Source: Cyanophyceae cyanobacterium
Lineage (GTDB): Bacteria; Cyanobacteriota; Cyanobacteriia; Cyanobacteriales; JBHJGN01
Length of the DNA: 64,000 nucleotides
Assembly: GCA_050331735.1 (NCBI GenBank)
Contig: JBHJGN010000024.1
Coordinates: forward strand, 1 to 64,000
Direction: 5' to 3'
Under the pieces are notes generated by a model. It had not been told where the DNA came from, did not search any database, and saw only the letters and a program-made list of their open reading frames with translations. Positions 30,656 through 40,699 of the stretch are shown here, piece by piece; within the stretch, counting starts at the first letter, position 1, and every line of letters begins with the position of its first letter. The position numbers and the translations under genes are program-made.

Positions 30656-31479
30656 TGCATCTAAGCTTAATGGCGATCGCCATTGCTGGAGCGCTTCTGT
30701 TCAGACTAACCTGGACTAAAACCAGAAACTGGCAGCAGAGATGGCAAAGAGCGTTAGGAGCGTTCGTTATTCCTCCCCTACTGCTGTTAACGTCCTCTCT
30801 AGCGGTTCTGTTCATGGGAACGCAAGGCACCATGCTTGGGTTAAAGGTCGGCAATGGCGGCTATTTCATCGCGGGGAGTTTCCTCAGCTTTGCCGGAGGA
30901 ATGCTGCTTCATCTCGGCGGGCAAGGGTGGCGTTCTCTTCAGCAGGTGCAGAATTTTGCTTGGGTAGAAGTGCAAGGAAGCCGGGGACGCTTGCTAAACT
31001 CTGACAGCCTGTTTGCCGCTCAGATTGGCTTTTGGCACTCGGAATTAGTTATTAGTCAAGGTCTGCTGCGATCTTTCGACTCTGCTCATCTAGGGGCAGT
31101 TATTGCTCACGAACAGGCTCACAGCCACTACCGGGACACCTTTTGGTTTTTCTGGTTAGGCTGGTGTCGTCGCCTCAGCGCCCTGCTTCCTCAAACTGAA
31201 CCGTTATGGCAAGAGCTATTGCTGTTACGGGAATTGCGAGCCGATCGTCGGGCAGCGCAGCAGGTAGATTCGTTACTCCTCGCTGAATCGCTGCTGCTGA
31301 TGGTTAAAGCTCCTCTAGTCGAATCAGGATTAGCTACCTGTAGTGCCGCGGCAGCTTCTACCAGTCGCCTAGAGGAGCGCATCGAGGCTTTACTTTCCCC
31401 AGAAGAAATCACACCCAAGCGTCAGCTATGGTGGCTAGTCGGACTATTGCCGCTTCTCACGATGTTGCTTCATCGCTAA
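30655..31479 (+). CDS. M56 (BlaR1-like) membrane metallopeptidase
   Basis: TM helices, HEQAH zinc motif, RELRADR; start overlaps the blaI stop. Confidence 0.88.
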   Translation: MHLSLMAIAIAGALLFRLTWTKTRNWQQRWQRALGAFVIPPLLLLTSSLAVLFMGTQGTMLGLKVGNGGYFIAGSFLSFAGGMLLHLGGQGWRSLQQVQNFAWVEVQGSRGRLLNSDSLFAAQIGFWHSELVISQGLLRSFDSAHLGAVIAHEQAHSHYRDTFWFFWLGWCRRLSALLPQTEPLWQELLLLRELRADRRAAQQVDSLLLAESLLLMVKAPLVESGLATCSAAAASTSRLEERIEALLSPEEITPKRQLWWLVGLLPLLTMLLHR

Positions 31480-31585
31480 AAAACAGTGATAGCGGTCATT
31501 GAGTTAGAGAGGAATATCCCAAGGCAGTCCAGGAATTATCTATCAACAATTAACCATCAACAAAATACAGGGTAAAACCTTGTCT

Positions 31586-32494
31586 TCAGTGAGAAACGGA
31601 CTCCCCAAGGGTTTGTGCTAGCCAATCGATGATTAAAGAGTTAACCCGGTCTGGTTTCTCGTCGTGAGGACAATGACCAGCATGAGGAATCGAATAAAAG
31701 TTCGTATCACTATCGTTTTCTTCAGCTAGTCGTTGATAAATTTCTGCCCCTTTAATCGGAGTCCAGGGATCGTTTTCTCCCCAGAGTACTAACAACGGAT
31801 GCTGAAGCTTTGCTAGCAGTGCTTGCGGCTTGGGGCCTGCTGGTGCTGTGAGTACAGAGGCAAACACTTTTTGCGCTCCGCGATCGCACGAAGGCGCATA
31901 GAGTAGCTCTACCAGTTCGTCGGTGACGGCATTGCGGTCTTGGTACACTTGGTAAAGCGAACGACGAATTTGGGATTTCCGACGGACGGCATTAAAAACA
32001 AAGCCACCAATTCCTGGCGCACTAACCAGTTTCGTGAACGCTCCCATGATGGTTCGGAGGGGCAGATTGAGTTCGTCAGGACGATGATTGAGTCCGCCAG
32101 CACTGTTAAGCAGCACTCCACCTGCGGCAATTTCAGGAAATTCCGTCATCACCATCAGGCACAGCAAGCCGCCAATCGAGTTGCCAACGAAGACGGTTGG
32201 TTCTTGAATGTGAGCGTCCCAAAAGTCTTTGATCTGCTGCTGCCACAGTTCTAGTCGGTAGTCCAGCGCTGGCTTATCAGAACCACCAAACCCTAAGAGA
32301 TCTAGGGCAAAGACGCGATAGCCAGCTTCAGCGAGGACAGGAATATTTTTCCGCCAGTGACCAATCGAAGCCCCAAAGCCATGTACCAGAAGCAGAGGGA
32401 AGCCTTCTCCCCTGACGGTGTATTGAATTGAATGTCCTTGCCACGTCCAGGACAGTTTTTCCAATGGTTCTACAATTGGTTGTGTTGTTGCCAT
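31586..32494 (-). CDS. Alpha/beta fold hydrolase
   Basis: LVHGFGAS, GNSIGG nucleophile elbow, GHCPHDE. Confidence 0.92.
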   Translation of the reverse strand: MATTQPIVEPLEKLSWTWQGHSIQYTVRGEGFPLLLVHGFGASIGHWRKNIPVLAEAGYRVFALDLLGFGGSDKPALDYRLELWQQQIKDFWDAHIQEPTVFVGNSIGGLLCLMVMTEFPEIAAGGVLLNSAGGLNHRPDELNLPLRTIMGAFTKLVSAPGIGGFVFNAVRRKSQIRRSLYQVYQDRNAVTDELVELLYAPSCDRGAQKVFASVLTAPAGPKPQALLAKLQHPLLVLWGENDPWTPIKGAEIYQRLAEENDSDTNFYSIPHAGHCPHDEKPDRVNSLIIDWLAQTLGESVSH

Positions 32495-32647
32495 ACTGTG
32501 AAGTTTTATTAACTCTTTTCATGATACAAAACATCTTTATGAATAGAGACTACCCGGGCGCAGAAAACAAAGCTGTAGCGATCGCTCTCTAGGCTAGCAA
32601 ACAAGCTGTCCCACTCTGTTTCTTCGCTCTCTCCTTCGCGTACCTCA

Positions 32648-32759
32648 TCCCATTTCTTAATGGTGATGCGACACAAAAAGAGAGGCTCGCTCCTTTCCCC
32701 CTTCCCCTTGCCCCTTTTCCCCTCCTACACATCTGTAGCTTTACTTGTCAGAAATGGTA
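32648..32759 (-). mobile_element. MITE family A (112 bp)
   Basis: Inverted near-copy of 36840-36951. Confidence 0.8.
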
Positions 32760-32821
32760 TCCAGCGTTGGTTGCATGAACCCTAAATACTAAATTCCATT
32801 AGTCTCTTTCCTGATGTAGGT

Positions 32822-34618
32822 TTAAGAGCTCTGTCCTCTTAACCCCGTTTGGACACGCCATAGATTGGCATAGATGCCCTGCTGCTGCACCAAATCTTCG
32901 TGGGTGCCCTGCTCGACAATTTTCCCCTGTTCCATGACGTAGATACAGTCTGCGTGACGAATGGTAGACAGACGATGGGCGATCGCAATGGTTGTGCGGT
33001 TCTGGGTAATGCGCTCTAGGGAGCGAGCGATCGCCGCTTCCGTTTCGTTGTCAACAGCAGAGGTTGCTTCATCTAAAATCAAAATTGGCGGAGCTTTGAG
33101 CACGGCTCGGGCGATCGCAATCCGCTGTCGCTGTCCTCCCGATAGTTTCTGACCTCTCTCCCCTACAATCGTGTCGTATTGGTCGGGTAAGCGCTCGATA
33201 AAGTCGTGTGCTTCGGCTACTTGCGCCGCGGCCACAATCTCTGTGAGATCTGCTCGGGGGCTACCGTAGGCGATATTCTCCCGCACCGTCCCGTGAAAGA
33301 GAAACACATCCTGACTAACTAAGCCAATGCTGCGCCGCAGGTCGTACAGTAAAATATCGCGAATGTTAGTGCCGTCGAGGGTAATCGTTCCCTGCTGAAC
33401 TTCGTAAAGCCTCAGCAGCAGCTTAACGAGGGTACTTTTTCCAGAACCTGTTGAGCCGACGATGGCAATAGTTTTACCCGCCGGAATATGCAGCGAGAAG
33501 TTCTCAATCACAGGGTGGCCTGACCGATAGGCAAAGGTAATATCGCGCAGATGTAGCTCGCCGCGCACGGTCGTGATGGGCAAAGATTTTTTTCCCGAGT
33601 GAATCGTGATGGGGGTATCGAGAAGATTCATGACTCGGCGGGTCGAGGCAATCGCCCGCTGATATAGATCTAAGGTTTGCCCGAGGCGGGTCAGGGGCCA
33701 CAGTAAGCGCTGCGTGAGGAAGACGAGGACGCTATAGGTTCCTACTGCCAAGTTACCGTCGATCACTGCCATGCCTCCGTAGAGAAGAGTGGCGGTAAAA
33801 GCAAACAAAATTAAGATCCGAATCAGCGGGATAAAGGCGGCACTGAGGGCGATCGCTCGCTGGTTACTGTGGCGGTAGGCTTCACTATCCTGCCGTAAGC
33901 GCTCAATTTCATACGCTTCAGCGGTAAAGCTTTTGATGGTGGTTATACCGCTCAGGTTGTTTGCCAGTCGGCTATTGAGTAATCCTACCTTATCTCGCAT
34001 ATCTGCGTAGCGAGAGGCTAAGAGCTTTTGGAACGCGATCGATCCCCAGATAATAAACGGAATCGGCAGAACAGCGAGCCAAGCGATATTGGGAGCCAGC
34101 ACAAAAAAAGCGGCGCTAATAATGATGGCCGTTGTTAGTACCTGAAGAATTTCGTTGACTCCGACATCCAAAAATCTCTCTAGCTGATTCACATCATCAT
34201 TAAGAATCGCTAGCAGCGTTCCCGTTGAGCGTTCTTCAAAATAGGCGAGCTCTAGTTCCTGGACGTGGCTGTAGGCATCCAGACGGAGGTTATGCTGAAT
34301 GTTTTGGGCTAGGTTGCGCCACAGGCGATCGTAGGCATACTGAAAGGCCGATTCTAACCCCCACAGAATCAGAGAGAGAAAGGCAAGCACCACCAGTTGC
34401 CCAAAGACATCGGTGAGGCCTAAATTGGCAATAATTGAATCCTGCTGTTGCACAACAACGTCTATCGCCGCGCCAATGAGCAGTGGCGGAGTCAGATCGA
34501 AAACTTTGTTAAGAATCGAACAGATAATAGCTTGCCAGATTAACGGGCGATATTTGCGTCCATATTGGAAGAGACGCACCAGGGGGTGTTGAGATTGGGA
34601 TTGCTGGGGCAAAGTCAA
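32822..34618 (-). CDS. ABC exporter, fused permease and ATPase
   Basis: N-terminal TM domain, [25 protein letters not shown]. Confidence 0.95.
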   Translation of the reverse strand: MTLPQQSQSQHPLVRLFQYGRKYRPLIWQAIICSILNKVFDLTPPLLIGAAIDVVVQQQDSIIANLGLTDVFGQLVVLAFLSLILWGLESAFQYAYDRLWRNLAQNIQHNLRLDAYSHVQELELAYFEERSTGTLLAILNDDVNQLERFLDVGVNEILQVLTTAIIISAAFFVLAPNIAWLAVLPIPFIIWGSIAFQKLLASRYADMRDKVGLLNSRLANNLSGITTIKSFTAEAYEIERLRQDSEAYRHSNQRAIALSAAFIPLIRILILFAFTATLLYGGMAVIDGNLAVGTYSVLVFLTQRLLWPLTRLGQTLDLYQRAIASTRRVMNLLDTPITIHSGKKSLPITTVRGELHLRDITFAYRSGHPVIENFSLHIPAGKTIAIVGSTGSGKSTLVKLLLRLYEVQQGTITLDGTNIRDILLYDLRRSIGLVSQDVFLFHGTVRENIAYGSPRADLTEIVAAAQVAEAHDFIERLPDQYDTIVGERGQKLSGGQRQRIAIARAVLKAPPILILDEATSAVDNETEAAIARSLERITQNRTTIAIAHRLSTIRHADCIYVMEQGKIVEQGTHEDLVQQQGIYANLWRVQTGLRGQSS

Positions 34619-34862
34619 GAGGGAGGAGGAAGGTATGCTGCTTTTTATTGTCGCTCATCATTAGGCATAACGAACTCAAGGATTTGTCTTCGTCAGTCTC
34701 GAATCGTGTTCAGTATCCTGCTGCTCCCAACCAAGCCAACTATCATTCCTAAGCGAGTCATAAAAACCTCGAAGTGCCACCGAAATTTTTTCTAGAGGCT
34801 ACTTTGAGCAGGCAATCGCTAACAATCAGCTACCCTCGTCGCACCTTATTTAGCAACACAAT

Positions 34863-35036
34863 CTAACTAATTACTTCTTTAATCATGCTGAGAATATCGT
34901 CATTAATATTGCGGGGACTTTTCAAGTACAGCTTATCCTTTTCAATCTGCAAGACTCGTTCAATAATTTGCCGCACTTCCGGGTCTGCACTGGTAATCGG
35001 TTCTTGAACTTTGTCGATGTTTTGCTCTTGGTTCAT
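34863..35036 (-). CDS. Small (57 aa) protein downstream of the helicase, absent from the ORF track
   Basis: MNQEQNIDKVQEPITSADPEVRQIIERVLQIEKDKLYLKSPRNINDDILSMIKEVIS*; same strand, 77 bp after the helicase. Confidence 0.7.
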   Translation of the reverse strand: MNQEQNIDKVQEPITSADPEVRQIIERVLQIEKDKLYLKSPRNINDDILSMIKEVIS

Positions 35037-35113
35037 AGGTTTGTAGTAGTTTCTACGTTAATGAGGAGAAGGCTCGGGTTCTAGTTTTTTGTTCATTGTT
35101 CTCTCATGATTGC

Positions 35114-36595
35114 CTACAGTAACTGATATTTCTCTTGCAGTCCTAACAGCGCTGTTTTGGCTTCATCAGCGTTGTCCGCTAAATTAGCAAACTCGATAAA
35201 CCGCTTCAGTTCCTTGTTCAATAAATTCCGTTCTACTTCCCTGGTTTCGCGCTCTAGCTCTGGCGGCATTACAATCATGTCAAACAGAGTGGCGCCGGTT
35301 TTACCCGCGTGAGGGCGTAAAATCCTGCCGCGTCGCTGAATAAACTGACGCGGATTGCCAGTACTCGCTAAAATTACAGCCGTTTGAATTGACGGAATAT
35401 CGACCCCTTCATCTAAGCAGCGGATGGCGACTAACCCCTGCAATTCTCCCCGTTCAAACTGCTGCCGCATCGCTTCGCGTTCGGCGAGAGGCGTTTGGGC
35501 AGTATAGGTATTGACTCGGTAGCCTAATTCCTTGCCCAAAAGACGAGTCACGGCTTCTAGCTGACGACGTTCGTAAGCCTCAGCCGTCACTAGCCCATCG
35601 CCGCAGTAAAACAGGGTATGATGAGTGTGCAAACGGTTTGCCATGAGCTGTCGTAGGGCGTTAAGCTTGTTGGCCGCAGCCCCAATCAGGCGCGATCGCT
35701 GCATCAATAGCGCCGTTAAAGCGGCGTTGGTTTTCCAGTTGTCATTTTCCGCCATTGCCCAGCCAATTCGCTGAGTGAGCTTAGCGTAGGCAAACGCTTC
35801 GGCGGTCGTCAGCTCTACTAGAACTGGATAGTAACGGTAGTGAACTAATGCCCCCTGCTGAATCGCATCGGCCAAAGTAAATTCCGGCTGCAACACTGCC
35901 CCAAAATAATGTAGCAAGGTATCTGTTCCCTCCTCATCGAAGTATCTTTCTGGAGTAGCTGATAGAGCTAATCGAAGGCCGATACTGCGCGGCAAGCTCG
36001 CTTCTAGGCGAGGAGAACCAAGATTATGGGCCTCGTCGCCGACAATTAACGTTTTTTCTGGAAAAAACCGAAGCTGAGACTGAAATCCTTCCCCGATGAG
36101 CGTTGAGTTCGTAGTAATAATCGTCAGGAAAGGTTGGCTATTGGAAGTGACGTTGTATAATTCCGTAGAAAGTTGGCTTTGCCAGTGACGAACGTTTTCA
36201 AACGCCAAGACTGGTTTTAGAGCAAATTTCTCGCACTCTCTAGCCCACTGAGTGACGAGATGGCGATGCGGACAGAGAACGAGGAGCACCTGTAAACCGA
36301 TTTTCTGGTACAGTTCTGTGGCAATAGCGAGGGCAGTGATGGTTTTACCACTCCCCGTGGCCATCTTTAACGTTCCCCGTCCCCGGTTTTTGAACCAACT
36401 AACAACGGCTTGCTGCTGATACGGACGCAGGGCGATCACCGCCGGAAATCTTGGCCGTCCTGACGGTTTGTGCTGGTAATACCCACCTAACTCGGCAACT
36501 TTTGTCGGTCGTTGAGCAACATCCCGGGCTAGCCGATCCCAGTCTAGCTCAGCGATCCGATTGAACTGAAGACGAGCAACGAGGTCTTGGTTCAT
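35114..36595 (-). CDS. SF2 helicase resembling the 'DNA phosphorothioation system restriction enzyme' (ResIII-like) family
   Basis: LRPYQ, GTLKMATGSGKT, DEAH, LSATPER, CLDEGVDIP, QRRGRILR. Confidence 0.8.
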   Translation of the reverse strand: MNQDLVARLQFNRIAELDWDRLARDVAQRPTKVAELGGYYQHKPSGRPRFPAVIALRPYQQQAVVSWFKNRGRGTLKMATGSGKTITALAIATELYQKIGLQVLLVLCPHRHLVTQWARECEKFALKPVLAFENVRHWQSQLSTELYNVTSNSQPFLTIITTNSTLIGEGFQSQLRFFPEKTLIVGDEAHNLGSPRLEASLPRSIGLRLALSATPERYFDEEGTDTLLHYFGAVLQPEFTLADAIQQGALVHYRYYPVLVELTTAEAFAYAKLTQRIGWAMAENDNWKTNAALTALLMQRSRLIGAAANKLNALRQLMANRLHTHHTLFYCGDGLVTAEAYERRQLEAVTRLLGKELGYRVNTYTAQTPLAEREAMRQQFERGELQGLVAIRCLDEGVDIPSIQTAVILASTGNPRQFIQRRGRILRPHAGKTGATLFDMIVMPPELERETREVERNLLNKELKRFIEFANLADNADEAKTALLGLQEKYQLL

Positions 36596-36839
36596 TTTTT
36601 CTGAGGATAACGATAGCTTCTAGCCCCCTTGGAGATGTAAGCCAGAAAAAACGTCGTTAAACCCGCCATGCCGAAACTAAACGAGTGCGTGAGGGCGATC
36701 GCCGTACCAGCGAGCAGTATCCCTGGCAAATAGGCTGATAGCCTGTCAGTAGAAGATTTCATAAAAATAAAGCTATATCCAGCAATTTAGCAATTGATTA
36801 GCGTCTTTTCAAGCCATTTTTCTTCTAGCCTTAGTTTAA

Positions 36840-36951
36840 TACCATTTCTGACAAGTAAAGCTACAGATGTGTAGGAGGGGAAAAGGGGCAAGGGGAAGGG
36901 GGAAAGGGTCAAGTCTCTCTTTTTGTGTCGCATCATCATTAAGAGATGGTT
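36840..36951 (+). mobile_element. MITE family A (112 bp)
   Basis: TAA|TACCATTTCT...AGAGATGGTT|TAA with an internal AAGGGG tract; copies at 32648 and 60057. Confidence 0.8.
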
Positions 36952-37049
36952 TAACTTCATTAAAGCAGCGAAGCTGCGGGAAAAGGGGAAAGGGTTAAGG
37001 GAAAAGGTCTTGACAGTTATCAGTTAACAGTTATCAAATCAGCTAGTTA

Positions 37050-37184
37050 TACCATTTACCGAAAGTAGTCAGATAGTTCCTTAAACTCACCAAGCATTGG
37101 AGGTTCAAGGGCAAAGAGCTGCTGTGCTTCCCTTTCCCCTTTCCCCCAACTCATCAAGTCTCCTATTACTTTTTCTAATTGGTA
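37050..37184 (+). mobile_element. MITE family B
   Basis: TTA|TACCATTTACCGAAAGTA...TACTTTTTCTAATTGGTA|TTA; near-identical to 63783-63924. Confidence 0.85.
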
Positions 37185-37226
37185 TTAGTTTGGTCACTGT
37201 TTCCCCTTTCCCCGTCCCGCAGGAAC

Positions 37227-40200
37227 TTACAAAGCTTGCCTAATCCACTGATGGGCTCGGTTTGGTCTTGCTTGGAACCCAAAACGATGCAGGAGCTCAA
37301 CGATTTTGCTTTCTGTCACTCCTGTGCTCATGGCGGCACGTTTCACGTCGAAGCGAACCTGAATCGGCAAATGCTGCCGTTGCTGGGCCAAGAGTTCGTT
37401 CATCTCATCACGGAGCGAATCGCGAACGGCAATATACTGATTTGTGAGCGGGCTTTTGATGCGTTCTACTGCCGTCTGGACAGCCTGCTCAATTGCGCCA
37501 GTATTATCTACCATTGTCAATTCGTGCTTTGCTCCCATCGCGATGAGGCGATCGTAGATGCAGCGAATCATCTCAAAATGGTCCTGATAGCGCTTGGCAT
37601 CTCGATGCACGGCTGTTTGGGCGCGGCGAGCAAAATGTTGATAATGCTGGTGACGTTCGACTTGAACCACTAGCCAGTCGATATTGAGCAGCTCAAACAG
37701 TCTCTCTGCGAGTAATCCTGGCATCAGTACCACTCCTTCTAGAAGAGCAGAGGTATTTTGTTTGTGTAAGCGTTTGACTAACCCGGCAACCCCAATGGTG
37801 GTGAGAATCGCTTGGCAGTAGTAGGACTCCAGGCTGCCCTCAAACGAAGATTGGTAGAGACCGGGAAAAGCGCGAGCCGCCTCCTCTCCAAATAGAAACT
37901 CCAAAATTGCTTTAGTATTAGCTCGTCCCGCCTCATCGGTAGAAAAGACCTTCTGTATATTGAAGCGCTGTGCGAGGTGCGTACACAGAGTTGATTTGCC
38001 CGATCCGGTAGCTCCGCTTACCAAAACAATCGTTGGTTTTGTAATGTCTTTCCAGCGCGGCAGATCGTAGACCCGCAGCATCACCCCCCGAACGAGCTGG
38101 TAGAGGTCTGCGGCTGAAAATTGATCGCGCATCGGGTCGAGAAGTGCATGGCGATAGAGCGTCGTTTCTAAGCGGTCTTTCAGCGATTTCCAGCGGTGGT
38201 ATTGCTGAAAGTAGGTACTTTCTAAGTGATTAATGTCTTCCTCCCACTCAGCCACCATATTTTCTAGCGGGACTAAATCGAGCGCTGGTTGTTGGGCTTC
38301 GTGTTGAAGCTCGTGATACCAGCGATTGAGCCGCTGAGATGAAGGGGGGTCAGCTTCAGTTTGCCGCAGGTCTTCAAAACAGCGTTCTACGGCTTGCCAC
38401 GGTACCACTCGTACCGACTGCAAAACGAGAAGCTGTTGCAGCAGTTGCTGCATAAATTGCTTGAGTGAAGGCAAATCGTTGACCTTAGTGTGCAGCAGAT
38501 GGAGCAGTGCCTGCACAATTTGCTGATGAGAGACTTCCAAAGCGTTGATGTAGTCGCCAATTTTCCGCTTTAGCTCTGGCAAGAGTTTTTTCTTGAGAAA
38601 AGATTTGCTGTCGTGAAGATTTCCTAAATCAGCAGTCAGTTCCTGCGGCACCTCGGTTTCCTGCCAGGGATAGAGATCCCGATTCTGATCGAGAAACAGG
38701 GCGGAGGTTTCAAAGAGTTCTAGCACCACCTGACGTGCCGTATCGTAGGTATATTCGGGTAAAACAGCCAGGCGATCGATCAGAGCATACTGGCGCTCCA
38801 CGAGCTGACCGAGTTTGAAATGAGTGGTGTACAGTTGTTTGTAATGTTGCTGAATTAGCGTGTAAATGTGCTGATCGGTGAGCAGTTCGCTGATGGATGG
38901 ATGTTGAGCCTGCGCCTGCCAAATCAGCTTTTCATGACGAATGCGAAACGGCATTAGCCGCTCTAGAACCTGCTGAGCCTTCGCGGCTAGAGGCGTTTGA
39001 GAGGCTGTGAGTTCTCGGAGGGTGCGCACAACGTGTTTAAGCTGTTCCTGTTCCAGCAGCTCTTGCACCACACTTTGCTCCTCTAGAGTCTGCCCCCGAT
39101 TCGCATCGTAGTGAATGCCCATGATGCCTTCGCAGGCAAAGGCGCGATCTAGATTTCTCGTTTTGTCATCGATAAAAATGGTTTGCTGAGCAATCTGCTC
39201 GTAGTGCTGCGTCCAAAAGTCGTCCCATTGCTGACGAAAAGAAGCCAAGGCCACCGGAGCATGACCAAGTTCCTTGAGAAAGTGATTGTACTGGGTGAGG
39301 GCCGCTTGAGAGTCGGGGCGATCGCCTGAGGCAAAAGTCGCTCGCCAGAGCTGATGCAGCATCGGATTGGGAAAGTTGACCCCAAGCACCTCTTGAGCAA
39401 ACCGATCGAGGAAAACGTGCTGTTTAAAGGAGCGATAAATTTTAGGATCGGGTTTACTGGCTCCAAAGGTTTCAGAAACAATCGCGACTAGCCCCTGGAG
39501 GTAGTCAAACTCATGCTGGCCGAGGAAGTATTCAATTTTTGCCATAAAGTTGTTGGTTAACCCGTACTGACGAATTCCCAAAAGATTGATGCGGTGCAGA
39601 ACCGAGCGGTTCTCGTGCTTGGCATCGTAATGGCTATAGTAGAGGGTGAGGAAATGACGAATTTCGGCATCCGTAATCTGAATCTGCTTTCCGATTTCGG
39701 CAAAAGCGGTATTAAAGGTTTCAATGGCGTGACGAGCAAACTGTTCGGGAGTGGCCTGACCGATTTTAAGAGCATCATAGTTGACTCCTGGAACCGGCTC
39801 GCCTTTAAAAATGGTGCGCCAAATCTGCGTTAATTGCTCTTGGGGTAACTCACCCCCCTTGTCGTGAGCGTAAAGCTCCACAAAAAATTGATTATGGCCA
39901 TCCATCAACACCCCACCAAAATCCCAGGCGATCGCCGCAGGACTGTGAACGCGCAGCAGCGTTTGTTCTATTCGTTCTAGAGCGTACCGCCTTACCTCCT
40001 CAGGTCCATTCTTGACAAGCTCTAAATATCCAGCAATATATTCTAGTCTGTCGCAATCGTCTTGCTGATAATCAGGTTCTGTCTGTTCTTCGAGCTTGTA
40101 CATTAAGGTCTCAGCCTCGACAACTGGGTTCTGACTCCAATGGCTTAAGAGCCGCTCAACTCTTTGAGCTAGTGGCGGGAGTTGCTGTTGACGTTTGTGA

Positions 40201-40331
40201 TGTAGATAATCCTTCAGCAAGTCCTGAGGAGTTTGCCGTGTCGTTTGCTGCCGCTCGTGGGTTAACAATCGAATTGCCAATATTTGTGGAACCATCACCA
40301 AGCCTGCTCTAAGTATCTCTCTCATTGTCAT
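37227..40331 (-). CDS. 1034-aa fusion: HAD-like phosphatase, long helical region, 2-phosphoglycerate-kinase-like P-loop domain
   Basis: HAD motifs WDFGGVL, LTNN, SKPDPKIY, FIDDK; C-terminal IVLVSGATGSGKST...VFSTD, LLEGVVLMPG, VDN. Confidence 0.75.
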   Translation of the reverse strand: MTMREILRAGLVMVPQILAIRLLTHERQQTTRQTPQDLLKDYLHHKRQQQLPPLAQRVERLLSHWSQNPVVEAETLMYKLEEQTEPDYQQDDCDRLEYIAGYLELVKNGPEEVRRYALERIEQTLLRVHSPAAIAWDFGGVLMDGHNQFFVELYAHDKGGELPQEQLTQIWRTIFKGEPVPGVNYDALKIGQATPEQFARHAIETFNTAFAEIGKQIQITDAEIRHFLTLYYSHYDAKHENRSVLHRINLLGIRQYGLTNNFMAKIEYFLGQHEFDYLQGLVAIVSETFGASKPDPKIYRSFKQHVFLDRFAQEVLGVNFPNPMLHQLWRATFASGDRPDSQAALTQYNHFLKELGHAPVALASFRQQWDDFWTQHYEQIAQQTIFIDDKTRNLDRAFACEGIMGIHYDANRGQTLEEQSVVQELLEQEQLKHVVRTLRELTASQTPLAAKAQQVLERLMPFRIRHEKLIWQAQAQHPSISELLTDQHIYTLIQQHYKQLYTTHFKLGQLVERQYALIDRLAVLPEYTYDTARQVVLELFETSALFLDQNRDLYPWQETEVPQELTADLGNLHDSKSFLKKKLLPELKRKIGDYINALEVSHQQIVQALLHLLHTKVNDLPSLKQFMQQLLQQLLVLQSVRVVPWQAVERCFEDLRQTEADPPSSQRLNRWYHELQHEAQQPALDLVPLENMVAEWEEDINHLESTYFQQYHRWKSLKDRLETTLYRHALLDPMRDQFSAADLYQLVRGVMLRVYDLPRWKDITKPTIVLVSGATGSGKSTLCTHLAQRFNIQKVFSTDEAGRANTKAILEFLFGEEAARAFPGLYQSSFEGSLESYYCQAILTTIGVAGLVKRLHKQNTSALLEGVVLMPGLLAERLFELLNIDWLVVQVERHQHYQHFARRAQTAVHRDAKRYQDHFEMIRCIYDRLIAMGAKHELTMVDNTGAIEQAVQTAVERIKSPLTNQYIAVRDSLRDEMNELLAQQRQHLPIQVRFDVKRAAMSTGVTESKIVELLHRFGFQARPNRAHQWIRQAL

Positions 40332-40369
40332 ATACAGACTTCAGACTCGAACAAGTTTCTTCGCCCAAG

Positions 40370-40588
40370 GGAGAAGCCGCTTTCGCGGCGGGAAAAGGGC
40401 AAAGGGGAAGGGGGAAAGGGAGGAATGAATGAGCTTGTTCCTCGGCTCTGTGTTCTTTCCCCGTCCCAGAGGGACTTTCCCTTTCCCCGTTCCGGAGGAA
40501 CAGTTTCCCCTTTCCCCATCCCAGAGGGACTTTCCCTTTCCCGTCGCGTACTTCCTGCGGAAGAACTGCGTAAACGCGACATTTCCTT
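40370..40588. repeat. Family C repeat in the divergent promoter region of the HAD-kinase gene and treS
   Basis: AAAGGGG arm, CTGTGTTCTT core, hairpins GTCCCagaGGGAC and GTTCCggaGGAAC. Confidence 0.85.
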
Positions 40589-40699
40589 GTCAGTATAATT
40601 GGCAAGGGCAGATTAATAGCGTAAGCTAGCGGGTTTTCCTGCTAAATTTGTGTCAGTATCTATTCCTGTGACACTCAATCCTCCAGCAACCAGACAGCT

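Noticed and set aside
29800..31479. BlaI-M56 as a beta-lactam resistance locus
   Set aside because: No penicillin-binding sensor domain or beta-lactamase present.
40284..40629. Short ORFs rich in GKG or FPF (also 9093-9564, 14038-14685, 43979-44333)
   Set aside because: Translations of repeat DNA or shadows of real genes on the opposite strand.
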